Shown here piece after piece: positions 1 through 9,786 of a stretch of DNA of 33,660 nt; position 1 is the stretch's first letter; every line of letters begins with the position of its first letter. The notes beneath the pieces are model-generated. The model was not told the DNA's origin and searched no databases. It saw only the letters and a list, made by a program, of their open reading frames with translations. The position numbers were made by a program, and so were the translations under genes. The DNA is taken from assembly GCA_016200765.1 (NCBI GenBank), contig JACQEC010000030.1:1-33660 (forward strand), read 5' to 3'. This stretch comes from Chloroflexota bacterium (GTDB lineage: Bacteria; Chloroflexota; Anaerolineae; JACRMK01).

Positions 1-645
1 ATTAGCGGGACGCTGGCCGCGCGCGGGGGCAGTGTCCGGCTCGACGGCGACGACCTCGGCAGGCTGAACGCCCGCCGGCGCGCCCAGCGGGTCGCGGTGG
101 TGCCGCAGGGCGCGCGCCTGCCGGAGGCGTTCACCGTCATGGAGGTCGTGTTGATGGGGCGCACGCCGTATCTCTCACTGTTGGGACGCGAGAGCGCCGC
201 CGACCTCCGCATCGCGCGCGAGGCGCTGGCGCAGACCGACACGCTGGCGCTGGCCGAGCGGCGGGTTGGCGAACTCTCGGGCGGCGAGCAACAGCGCGTG
301 CTGGTCGCGCGCGCGCTGGCGCAACAGCCCAAAGTCTTACTGCTCGACGAGGCCACGGCGCATCTCGACCTGCGCTATCAGGCGGAGGTCGCCGGGCTGG
401 CGCGCCGCTGGGCGCACGGCCATGGCCTGATCGTCATCGCCGCCATGCACGACCTCAACCTCGCCGCGCTGTACGCCGACCGGCTGGCGCTGATGCACGA
501 AGGTGAACTGCTGGCCGTGGATCGGCCCGCCGCGGTGCTGACGCCAGCCCTGCTGGGGCGGGCCTACGGCGTGCCGGTGGTGGTGAGCGAGCACCCCATC
601 CACCGCACGCCGCTGGTGGCGTTGAAGGACGAGGAAAAAAGTTGA
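1..645 (+). CDS. ABC transporter ATP-binding protein, iron-siderophore/cobalamin (FecE/FepC/BtuD-like) type; 5' end lies outside the window
   Basis: Frame 1 is open from nt 1. The translation carries the ABC signature LSGGEQQRV, Walker B LLLDEATAHLD and an H-loop-like AAMHDLN. Walker A must lie upstream of the window. Confidence 0.85.
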   Translation: MSGTLAARGGSVRLDGDDLGRLNARRRAQRVAVVPQGARLPEAFTVMEVVLMGRTPYLSLLGRESAADLRIAREALAQTDTLALAERRVGELSGGEQQRVLVARALAQQPKVLLLDEATAHLDLRYQAEVAGLARRWAHGHGLIVIAAMHDLNLAALYADRLALMHEGELLAVDRPAAVLTPALLGRAYGVPVVVSEHPIHRTPLVALKDEEKS

Positions 646-1265
646 CCCGACTCTCACGCCGTTTCTTCGCGCGCCCGACACTACAAGTGGCGCGAGACCT
701 GCTGGGACAGCGGCTGGTGCGGCTCTATGAGGGAGAGCGCCTCGGCGGGATCATCTGCGAGTGCGAGGCGTATATCGGCGAAGCGGACACGGCCTGCCAC
801 GCCTCGCATGGCCGCACCGCGCGCACCCAGGTGATGTACGGCGAGCCGGGGCGCGCCTACGTTTATTTCACCTACGGCATACACTGGATGCTCAACTGCG
901 TGACCGAGCGCGTGGACTTTCCGGCGGCGGTGCTGATCCGCGCGGTCGTTCCGGATGAGGGGATTGAGACGATGCGGGAACTGCGCGGACGCAAACCGGA
1001 AGCCGACCGACTGCGGGGGCTGGCCGACGGCCCGGCCAAGTTGTGTCAGGCGCTGGCGGTTGACGGCGCGCTGAACGCCGAAGACCTTGTGACGAGCGAG
1101 CGGTTATTCATCGAGCGGCAGAAGGTCGTCCCCGAAGCGCGCGTGCGGCAGACGCCGCGCATCGGCATCGAAAACGCCGACCGCGTGGCGCGCGATCACT
1201 TGTGGCGGTTTGTGTTACTGCCGGACACAGCCCAACGCGGCACGCACAACGCGCAACGGGTTTAG
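642..1265 (+). CDS. mpg: DNA-3-methyladenine glycosylase (Mpg/AAG family)
   Basis: TTG start overlaps the upstream stop (GTTGA). The 207-aa product has FFARPTLQVARDLLGQ.L and GEADTACHA..GRT....MYG..G.AYVYFTYGIHWMLN, typical of the Mpg family. The C-terminal tail AQRGTHNAQRV is encoded by an AACGC/GCGTT-type repeat (1231-1262). Confidence 0.85.
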   Translation: MTRLSRRFFARPTLQVARDLLGQRLVRLYEGERLGGIICECEAYIGEADTACHASHGRTARTQVMYGEPGRAYVYFTYGIHWMLNCVTERVDFPAAVLIRAVVPDEGIETMRELRGRKPEADRLRGLADGPAKLCQALAVDGALNAEDLVTSERLFIERQKVVPEARVRQTPRIGIENADRVARDHLWRFVLLPDTAQRGTHNAQRV

Positions 1266-2161
1266 ACAGGCGCGCCGTTGGGGAAGAGGCGCGCGGCCTC
1301 CCACGCTTTGTAGGAGGATCGCACCAGCGGGCCGGAGGCGATATAGAGGAAGCCCATCCGCTGGCCGTCCTCGCGCAGGTGCGCGAAGACATCGGGGTGG
1401 ATGTACTCCATCAGCGGGTAGTGACGCTTCTTGTTCGTGGGGCGCAGGTATTGGCCGATGGCCAGCAGGTCGCAGTTCGCATCGCGCAGGTCGCGCATCG
1501 TCTCGACCACTTCGTCGTAAGTTTCGCCCAGCCCCAGCATGATACTGCTCTTCGTCATGATGGCGGGGTTGATCGCTTTGACGGTCTCGTAGCCCGCGCG
1601 CCGGTCGCGCACCTCGTAGGTCAGCCGCCGCACCGTCTCGATGTTCTGCGCGATGACGGCCGGACGCGCATCCGCCAGCGTCTTGATGTCCGCGTAACTG
1701 CCGCGGAAGTCGGGAACGAGCACCTCGACAATGGTCTTGGGCGACTTCGCCTTGATCTGCCGCACCGTCTCGGCGAAGATGCCCGCGCCGCCGTCGGGCA
1801 GGTCGTCGCGATCCACCGAGGTGACCACCACATAGGTCAAGCCCATCTGGCTGATGGCTTCGGAGACGCGCCACGGCTCCAACTCATCCACCACGCCGCC
1901 GGGGTTGCCGGTCGTCACCGCGCAGAAGCGGCAGGCGCGCGTGCAGACATCGCCGAGGATCATGATGGTGGCGGTGCCGGCGCCCCAGCACTCGCCGATG
2001 TTGGGGCAGAGCGCCTCCTCGCAGACCGTGTGCAGTTGCAGGCCGCGCATCAACCCCTTCAGGCGCGAATACTCTTCGCCCCAAGGGGCGCGCACCTTGA
2101 TCCATTCGGGGTGGCGGGGCCGGACGGGTGCGGTGGTCATGGGTTCGACATCCTTCGACAT
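1262..2161 (-). CDS. lipA: lipoyl synthase (radical SAM)
   Basis: Contains the radical-SAM CTRACRFC motif plus the auxiliary-cluster motif CEEALCPNIGEC and a C-terminal RSSY. An alternative in-frame ATG at 2140 has a better-spaced AAGGA. The stop overlaps the convergent mpg stop. Confidence 0.9.
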   Translation of the reverse strand: MSKDVEPMTTAPVRPRHPEWIKVRAPWGEEYSRLKGLMRGLQLHTVCEEALCPNIGECWGAGTATIMILGDVCTRACRFCAVTTGNPGGVVDELEPWRVSEAISQMGLTYVVVTSVDRDDLPDGGAGIFAETVRQIKAKSPKTIVEVLVPDFRGSYADIKTLADARPAVIAQNIETVRRLTYEVRDRRAGYETVKAINPAIMTKSSIMLGLGETYDEVVETMRDLRDANCDLLAIGQYLRPTNKKRHYPLMEYIHPDVFAHLREDGQRMGFLYIASGPLVRSSYKAWEAARLFPNGAPV

Positions 2162-2195
2162 CCTTCGACAGGCTCAGGATGCTGGCTCAGGATGC
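2144..2195. repeat. Short tandem repeats: TTCGACATCC x2 (+ partial third copy) followed by GGCTCAGGATGC x2
   Basis: Read directly: ttcgacatcc ttcgacatcc ttcgaca ggctcaggatgc t ggctcaggatgc. It straddles the lipA start and the korB-lipA spacer. The core CCTTCGACAGGCTCAGG recurs as CCTTCGACAAGCTCAGG (reverse complement) at 10472-10490. Confidence 0.7.
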
Positions 2196-2212
2196 AGGCT
2201 TACCGTGCAAGG

Positions 2213-3130
2213 CTAAGCCTTGTACCGGCTGATCAATTCCGGCAGGGAGAACTTCGTGCCGGCTTTGGCGCGGGTCTCCAGCGCGTTCTGAACCATGCTG
2301 GGGCGTTCCTCGCTGTAGAACTCGCCCAGATAGAGTTGCTCCGAGTCCAGCGCCATCTTGAGCGCGGCGATCTTGTCGTGCCGGTCGTGGGCGATTGGCA
2401 AGGGCTTGGTCACTTCTTTGTAATGATCGTAGGTGTCGTAAAAGGTGACACAGGGCGAGTAAATCTGGATGAAGGAGAAGCCGGTGTGGGTCAGGCCGCG
2501 CTTGATCAACTCGGTGACCTCTTTGGGCTTGGACGAAAAGCCGCGCGCGACGTAGCTCGCGCCGTAGACGAGCGCCATCGCAATGGGGTTGATGGGCGCG
2601 TCGGTGTTGCCGTAGGGCGTGGACTTGGCGGCCTTGCTCTCGCCATAGGGCGCGCCTTTCGGGCTAAGGCCGACGGGACTGGTGGGCGAGGCCTGGCCTT
2701 TGGTCAGGCCATAGATCTCGTTGTCCATCACGATATAGGTGATGTCAATGTTGCGGCGCGCGGCGTGGGGCAGGTGCCCGGCGCCGATGGAGAAGGCGTC
2801 GCCATCGCCGCCGACCGCCGCGACCAGCAGGTCGGGGTTAGCCATCTTGATGCCGGTCGCCAGCGGCAGGGCGCGGCCATGCACGCCGTGGAAGCCATAG
2901 GCCTCGACGAAGGCCGGGAAGCGCCCGGAACAGCCGATGCCCGAGGCGATGACGGCCTTCTCCGGCGGGATGCCCAACTCGCTCAAGGCTTTATAGAACG
3001 CGGAGAGCACGCCGAAGTCGCCACAGCCGGGGCACCAGATGGGCTTGACCTCGCTCTTGTATTCGTTCGCCTTCAACTGCACCTGATGCAGCAACGGCGC
3101 AACCGAAGACTGCATCGTAGCCGTAGTCAT
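2213..3130 (-). CDS. korB: 2-oxoacid:ferredoxin oxidoreductase, beta (TPP-binding) subunit
   Basis: Motifs IWCPGCGDFG and GGDGDAFSIG match the KorB/OorB type. ATG at 3130 is preceded by GAGGAG 6 nt upstream. The ORF-track TTG at 3154 would run into the intergenic palindrome. Confidence 0.85.
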   Translation of the reverse strand: MTTATMQSSVAPLLHQVQLKANEYKSEVKPIWCPGCGDFGVLSAFYKALSELGIPPEKAVIASGIGCSGRFPAFVEAYGFHGVHGRALPLATGIKMANPDLLVAAVGGDGDAFSIGAGHLPHAARRNIDITYIVMDNEIYGLTKGQASPTSPVGLSPKGAPYGESKAAKSTPYGNTDAPINPIAMALVYGASYVARGFSSKPKEVTELIKRGLTHTGFSFIQIYSPCVTFYDTYDHYKEVTKPLPIAHDRHDKIAALKMALDSEQLYLGEFYSEERPSMVQNALETRAKAGTKFSLPELISRYKA

Positions 3131-3150
3131 AACAAACTCCTCACTAGCGT

Positions 3151-3187
3151 CCAAACCCGAAGGGTTTTTAAAACCCTTCGGGTTTGG
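3151..3187. repeat. Perfect 18-bp inverted repeat (1-nt centre) in the korA-korB spacer
   Basis: ccaaacccgaagggtttt-t-aaaacccttcgggtttgg. Each arm also contains its own small hairpin (cccgaaggg / cccttcggg). Confidence 0.8.
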
Positions 3188-3188
3188 T

Positions 3189-4810
3189 TTATCTCATCTT
3201 CGCGTATTCTTCGCGGATGGACTGCACGATTTCGCGCGCCGTGAACGGCACGCCGCCATACGAGTTGAGCTTGACGAAGGGCCGCAGGAACGCGCCGCGC
3301 AGGATGTCGGCCAGCTGGCCGGAGTAGTTCATCTCCGGCACGATGACCGTCTTCTTATTCTTCAGAAACTCGGCAATCGGCTTTTCCGGCAGGGGCATCA
3401 GCGCCTTGGGATAGAAGGCGTGAACCGCTATGCCATCGTCGGCGCACGATTGGATGGCCTCGCGCACCGGACCGATGGTCGAGCCCCAGCCGATGATCCC
3501 CAACTCCGCTTTCGGGTCGCCGAGATGCTCCCACATCTCGTGCAGTTCGATGTATTCCAGCGCGGCTTGCAGTTTGCGGGCGCGCTTGCGCATGTTGGCC
3601 GAGTGCATCTCCACGCTAAAATTCGGAGCGCCGCTGGGGAAGTGTTCCAGCCCTTCGGCGATGTATTGCCCGCCGCTCTGCCCGGGAATCGCCATAGGCG
3701 AAACACCGCTTTCGGTGTCCGTGTAGCGCTCGTAGGGGCCGGCGCCGTTGGCCGATGGGTTGTAGAGCAGGCGCGGCTCGTGAAACACTTTCGACAGGTC
3801 AAACGGCTCGATGGTTTGCACGCGCACCGCCATATCCTGATCGGACATGAAGATGACGGGCGTCTGGTATTTCTCGGTCAGGTTGAAGGCGTGGATCATC
3901 TGGTAGAAGCAGTCTTCGATGGTGGTTGGCGCGACGACGATGCGCGGCGTGTCGTCGTTTCCGGCGAAGCAGGCGTTGCGCAGGTCGCCCTGCGAGACTT
4001 TGGTCGGCATGCCGGTTGAAGGGCCGCGATTTCGTCTTCGGCCTGAATGACCGTGCCGCCGTATTTGGGGAACTCGGCGGCCAGAAACTCCATGATCTCC
4101 GAGGCCGGGGTGATCGGGTATCCGGCGAAGAAACGGCAGTTCGCCGCGATCGCGCCGAGCGAGATGGCCTGATTGCCCGACAGCACCAGGCGGTCAATGC
4201 GCGGCCCGCTGGGGATGGGCAGGTGGAAGGGGGCGTCCTTGCTCACCTTCTGCTCGACGAACAGGTAGCCTTTTTCCAGCGCGGCGATGTTCGTCGGCAG
4301 AACGTCGGCGTGGCGGCCAAAACGTTTCTCGACCGCTTTCTTGGCGATGTCCATATCCATGTCGAACAGCTTGACCAGCGCGCCCACCGCGACCATGTTG
4401 TAGCCGCGCGCAAACGAGAGCGACTTGGCGATGTCGTGCAGTGGGATGCCGATCTGCAGGTGGCTGTCGCCGTTGGGGTCGAGCTTGACGTCGTTGCTGT
4501 TGTAGACGAGCACGCCGTTCCGCTTCAACAGCCGGTGGTAGCGCTCGTAGGTTTCTTCATCGTAGGCCAGCAGGACATCCAACTCGTCGCCTTGCGCGAC
4601 AAGCGGCTCCAGCGCGGCGCGCATCTGGTACATGACGTGGCCGCCCTTGATTTCGGCGGGGATGGTGCGCGTGGTATAAACTTCCAAACCGGCATAGGCC
4701 GCCATAAAGGCGAAGATTTCGCCCGTGGCGACGATGCCTCCGGCGGCAGAATCACCCCCCACGCGCAAGACGAGGTCTTGACTGCCGCTGTGACCGTTCG
4801 AGGTACTCAT
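3189..4810 (-). pseudogene. korA: 2-oxoacid:ferredoxin oxidoreductase alpha subunit (gamma-alpha fused), disrupted by an internal out-of-frame deletion
   Basis: The N-terminal ORF (4810..3896) reads ...AGYPITPASEIMEFLAAEFPKYGGTVIQAEDEIAA and then becomes nonsense. The C-terminal ORF, in another frame, resumes at (NR)GPSTGMPTKVSQGDL... The conserved block of about 45-50 aa normally between EDEIA and QRGGPSTG.PT is absent. Junction is at about 4020-4030. Confidence 0.75.
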
Positions 4811-4846
4811 GCGAACTAACTCCTCAACATATAGGCAAAAGGATGT

Positions 4847-4883
4847 AAAAGCCGACAGGCGTCGGCTCTTGGTTATTATAGCA
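4847..4883 (-). promoter_or_regulatory. korA leader: TGcTATAAT-like extended -10 box followed by a stem-loop with a U-tract
   Basis: The minus strand reads atgcTATAATaaccAAGAGCCGACgcctGTCGGCTTTTacatccttttgcc, followed by GAGGAG and ATG(4810). The -10 lies at 4880-4875 and the hairpin at 4870-4847. Confidence 0.3.
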
Positions 4884-4965
4884 TAGATTCCGCTTGGGCG
4901 GCTGACCCGCTGACAGGCTCGATCAGGGGCGGGGATTTTACCGCAGAGGACGCCGCGATTTGGGG

Positions 4966-5008
4966 ATTTTTGATTTCAGATTTTAGTCAAAAATCTGAAA
5001 TCAAAAAT
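4966..5008. repeat. AT-rich 19-bp perfect inverted repeat, possible terminator of the thiolase gene
   Basis: atttttgatttcagatttt-agtca-aaaatctgaaatcaaaaat, 15 nt downstream of the thiolase stop. The left arm is nearly identical to 30338-30356. Confidence 0.6.
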
Positions 5009-5022
5009 GGATTCGGCGGGTT

Positions 5023-6225
<1,203 letters not shown>

Positions 6226-6286
6226 CAGACCTCCAGTCGTGCCTGTGGATTGCCCCATTCAGGGGCAGGCGCAAGAGCGCGCCCAC

Positions 6287-6315
6287 AGTCTACAATAGAG
6301 TGCGCGCGGTGGCAA
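6287..6315 (-). promoter_or_regulatory. Possible sigma-70-type promoter for the thiolase gene
   Basis: The minus strand reads TTGCCA-17 nt-TAGACT, about 60 nt upstream of ATG 6225. Confidence 0.3.
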
Positions 6316-6430
6316 AAGCGGCGATGGTGTGGGCGCGTTGGCGCGTTCCGCGTTGCCGTGACGGGGTGCGAATGACGATAGGCGACCGGCTGTGCGTGAG
6401 CGAGCGCTATGAAGGAAACGGTTGATCTTT

Positions 6431-9400
6431 CTACCGTTCGATAACCGGCAGGTACAACCAATACTCCTGTTTCGCCACGATGTAGCCGGTCTGCGTTAGC
6501 GATGCGCTGCCCGCCGGGCCGCTGATGGTCAGCATGACGGTGTACGTGCCCGGCGTATCGTAGACGTGAACTGGGTTGGTCAGCGTGCTGGTCTGTCCAT
6601 CGCCAAACGACCACAGACTCTGCGTGAAGTCGCCGCTCGATAGGTTGCTGAACGTCACCGTCAAGGGCACCGTGCCGCTGACCGGCACGGCTGTGAAGGC
6701 GGCTACCGGTGGTTGATAGACCGTAAGCATGTGAGTAGCACTAATGGCGCTGACGGTATTGGTCGCCGTCACCGTGATCGTCTGCGGGCCGGGTAAGGTG
6801 AAGCTGAAGTTGGCCGTGTCGCTTAAACCGCCGGTGTGAGTCAGCAACAACTGATTGGTCACCTGCCAGACATAACTGATCGGCTGGGTGGCGGTGAGCG
6901 GTCCAACGGTGGCTGTGATTGTGTAGAGGCTATTGGTGGTCGCCGTGACCGGACCGCTCAAGTCAAGGCTGCCCAGCGGTATAGTGAAGGTGGCGGTAAG
7001 CGCGCGGTCGGCGGTGAGCGTGAGCGTCAGTGGATTGGACGAACTGTTCACGTCGCCGCTCCAATTGCTGAAGCGGTAGCCCTGCGTCGGCGTGGCGGTC
7101 AGGGTGACCGTGACGGGCGGCGTGCTCGTGATATAACCCGCGCCGCCGTTGCAGTTGCCGGATGGGCTGGCCGTGATTGCGCCCGCCCCCGAAGGATTCG
7201 CGGCAATCGTCAACGTGTAACAGAGTGCGCTGGTTAGCCCGACCACACCCACCGGAGCGACCTGAAAGTAAGCCGTGCCATTGCCCACCTCGCCATAGAA
7301 GTTATAGCCCCAGCACTTGAGGCCGCCACCGGTCGTCTGGCCGCAGGTGTGACCGTAACCGGCGGCGATAGCGCTCACGCCGCTGGTGAGGCCCACCACA
7401 TCCACTGGGGTGATGCGGTCGGTGGTCGTCCCATCGCCCAACTGGCCAAAGTAGTTCCGGCCCCAGCACTTGACGCCCCCGTCGGTTGTCAGCACGCAGG
7501 AGTGATAGTAACCGGTGGCGATGGCGCCGATGCCGCTGGTGATCCCCACTACACCCACTGCGATGTTGCGCTGGGTGGTCGTCCCATCGCCCAATTGGCC
7601 GAAGTAGTTATAGCCCCAGCACATGACGCCCCCGCCCGTCAACAGCAGGCAGGTGTGGTAGAAACCGGCAGTGATGGCACTGACGCCACTGTCCTGCCCC
7701 GCCACATCCACCGCGGTCAGCCGGTTCGTGGTCGTCCCATCGCCTAACTGGCCGTAAGTGTTAACGCCCCAGCACTTGAGGCCGCCGCCGGTCGTTAGCG
7801 CGCAGGTGTGGTAGAGACCGGCGGTGATGGCGCTGACACCGCTCGTCAGTCCCGCCACATCCACTGCGGTCAGCCGATCCGTGGTCGTGCCATCGCCCAA
7901 CTGGCCGTCATAGTTATAGCCCCAGCACTTGACCCCGCCACCGGTTGTCAGCGCACAAGTGTGGTAGTCCCCGGCGGCGATGGCGCGGACGCCGCTGGTC
8001 AACCCCACCACATCTACTGCGGTGGAGTGGTCGTTGGTTGTTCCATCGCCCAACTGGCCGGAGTAGTTCCGGCCCCAGCACTTGACGCCGCCGGCCGTCG
8101 TCAGCGCGCAGGTGTGATATTCACCAGCGGCGACCGCGCTGACCCCGCTGGTCAGACCCGCCACATCTACTGCGGTGGCGCGCTGCATGGTTGTCCCATC
8201 ACCCAACTCGCCGTCGTAGTTATAGCCCCAGCATCTGACGCCACCTGCGCTGGTCAGCGCGCAAGTGTGGTAGCCTCCGGCGGCGACTGTGCTGACGCCG
8301 CTGGTCAGCCCCACCACGTCTACTGAAGTGACTTGAAAGAGAATCACACCATTGCCCAACTGGCCGGAGGAGTTATTGCCCCAGCACCTGACTCCGCCTG
8401 TGCTGGTCAGCGCGCAGGTGTGATAGCCCCCGGCGGCGACCACACTGACACCGGTGGTCAGCCCCGTCACATCCACCGCGCTGGCGCGCTGCGTGGTCGT
8501 CCCATCGCCCAACTCGCCTTCGTAGTTATAGCCCCAGCACTTGACGCCGCCTGCGCCGGTCAGCGCGCAGGTATGATAGTAACCGGCGGTGACGACGCTG
8601 ACGCCACTGGTCAGGTCCACGACATCCACCGCGGTCGCACTCAGCGTGGTCGTCCCGTCGCCCAATTGGCCATAGGCGTTCCAGCCCCAGCACTTGATGC
8701 CGCCGACCGTCGTCAGCGCGCAGCTGTGCTGGTAACCGGCGGCGATGGCGAGGACGCCGCTCGTCAGCCCCACCACATCCACTGCGGTGAGGCGGTCGTA
8801 AATGGTCGTCCCATCACCCAGCTGGCCGAGGCCGTCATAGCCCCAGCACTTGATGCCGCCGACCGTCGTCAGCGCGCAGCTATGCCTACTTCCGACGGCA
8901 ATAGCGCTCACGCCGCTGGTCAAGCCCAACACATCCACCGCGCTCAGCCGGTTCGTGATCGTCCCATCGCCCAGTTGGCCGTAGTAGTTCCAGCCCCAGC
9001 ACTTGACGCCGCCTTTTGTCGTCAACGCGCAAGTGTGCAAGCCTCCGGCGGCGATGGCGCTGACCCCGCTGGTCAGGCCCGTCACATCCACCGGGGTGGT
9101 GCGCTGGATGGTCGTTCCGTTGCCCAACTGGCCATAGAAGTTCCAGCCCCAGCACTTGACGCCGCCGCCGGTCGTCAGCGCACAGCTATGCTCACCCCCG
9201 GCGGAGATGGCGCTCACGCCGCTGGTCAGGCCCGTCACATCCACCGGGGTAGTGCGCTGGGTGGTCGTCCCATCACCCAACTGGCCGTAGAGGTTATAGC
9301 CCCAGCACTTGACGCCGCCGCCGGTTGTCAGCGCACAGGCGTGAAAGCCCCCGGCGGCGATGATACCGTTCGTTTGCGGCATCAGGCTCAGCGCTGATGG

Positions 9401-9655
9401 CGCCGCCGGTAGGGGCAATTGAGCGATACGCGTATCGGCTGACACTGGCATCGCATCGGGCGGTGGATGGGGCAGGGTGATGGTGCTGACGCCGTCGGCG
9501 GCACCCTGCGGCGCGTGCTGAGACGGTAGGGAAACGGCACGGGAGATTGTTGCGACAGGGTACGCCGTGGCCGCCTGCGGCCAGACGAGAAGCAACCCAC
9601 AGACCGCGAGGGACAGCCTGCGGATCGCGAGGTAGAGCCAGTGCTGAGATGACAT
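6431..9655 (-). CDS. Secreted RCC1-repeat protein (14 repeats) with C-terminal Ig-like/PKD domains
   Basis: N-terminal signal-like LSLAVCGLLLVWPQAATA. There are 14 copies of the ..H.CALT..GG.KCWG.N.YGQLGDGTT. unit. Then follows an ANPSGAGAITASP...YRFSNWSGD module (InlB-B-repeat-like), an Ig-like module and a PKD signature (WSFGDG...Y..PGTYTV.L). Confidence 0.85.
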   Translation of the reverse strand: MSSQHWLYLAIRRLSLAVCGLLLVWPQAATAYPVATISRAVSLPSQHAPQGAADGVSTITLPHPPPDAMPVSADTRIAQLPLPAAPSALSLMPQTNGIIAAGGFHACALTTGGGVKCWGYNLYGQLGDGTTTQRTTPVDVTGLTSGVSAISAGGEHSCALTTGGGVKCWGWNFYGQLGNGTTIQRTTPVDVTGLTSGVSAIAAGGLHTCALTTKGGVKCWGWNYYGQLGDGTITNRLSAVDVLGLTSGVSAIAVGSRHSCALTTVGGIKCWGYDGLGQLGDGTTIYDRLTAVDVVGLTSGVLAIAAGYQHSCALTTVGGIKCWGWNAYGQLGDGTTTLSATAVDVVDLTSGVSVVTAGYYHTCALTGAGGVKCWGYNYEGELGDGTTTQRASAVDVTGLTTGVSVVAAGGYHTCALTSTGGVRCWGNNSSGQLGNGVILFQVTSVDVVGLTSGVSTVAAGGYHTCALTSAGGVRCWGYNYDGELGDGTTMQRATAVDVAGLTSGVSAVAAGEYHTCALTTAGGVKCWGRNYSGQLGDGTTNDHSTAVDVVGLTSGVRAIAAGDYHTCALTTGGGVKCWGYNYDGQLGDGTTTDRLTAVDVAGLTSGVSAITAGLYHTCALTTGGGLKCWGVNTYGQLGDGTTTNRLTAVDVAGQDSGVSAITAGFYHTCLLLTGGGVMCWGYNYFGQLGDGTTTQRNIAVGVVGITSGIGAIATGYYHSCVLTTDGGVKCWGRNYFGQLGDGTTTDRITPVDVVGLTSGVSAIAAGYGHTCGQTTGGGLKCWGYNFYGEVGNGTAYFQVAPVGVVGLTSALCYTLTIAANPSGAGAITASPSGNCNGGAGYITSTPPVTVTLTATPTQGYRFSNWSGDVNSSSNPLTLTLTADRALTATFTIPLGSLDLSGPVTATTNSLYTITATVGPLTATQPISYVWQVTNQLLLTHTGGLSDTANFSFTLPGPQTITVTATNTVSAISATHMLTVYQPPVAAFTAVPVSGTVPLTVTFSNLSSGDFTQSLWSFGDGQTSTLTNPVHVYDTPGTYTVMLTISGPAGSASLTQTGYIVAKQEYWLYLPVIER
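7223..9370. repeat. Tandem coding repeats of about 153 bp x 14 (RCC1 blades)
   Basis: The CWG...GQLGDGTT periodicity is about 51 aa. The repeat periodicity produces periodic long antisense ORFs. Confidence 0.85.
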
Positions 9656-9786
9656 GGCGCGCTTCTAGGGTTGAGACGCGACGAGTTCGATGTTGACACA
9701 CCTGCCGCGCCGCTCGCGAGCATGGGCCGCGCGGCGCTTCGTATGCTACGCTCTCACGCGCATGATGTCAAATGGTCGCAGACGCG

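Noticed and set aside
1262-1265. Convergent mpg and lipA stop codons overlap (TTAG)
   Set aside because: This is real but trivial gene packing. It only implies the absence of a terminator between the two genes.
1570-1600. Possible small in-frame deletion in lipA (RAGYET-VKAINP seems to lack the usual SL..L.. helix after R..Y)
   Set aside because: This rests only on my recollection of E. coli LipA. The gene stays in frame at normal length, and I cannot confirm it without an alignment.
1202-3244. 680-aa ORF on the + strand
   Set aside because: It is antisense to lipA and korB, which have unmistakable motifs. The translation is Arg/Ala/Gly-rich low-information sequence, typical of open antisense frames in high-G+C DNA.
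6431-6470. C-terminal ...EYWLYLPVIER of the RCC1 protein as a sorting signal
   Set aside because: It has no LPXTG/TM/basic tail, PEP-CTERM or other recognised sorting architecture, and the motif is too short to interpret.
7223-9370. Regular ~150-bp repeats that might suggest a CRISPR-like array
   Set aside because: The units are contiguous coding repeats (RCC1 blades) in one long ORF, with no short repeat/unique spacer alternation and no cas genes.
7349-9397. Series of long + strand ORFs with periodic ...IAQLA... sequence
   Set aside because: They are the antisense reading of the 14 RCC1 coding repeats. The periodicity is inherited from the repeat, not evidence of a gene.
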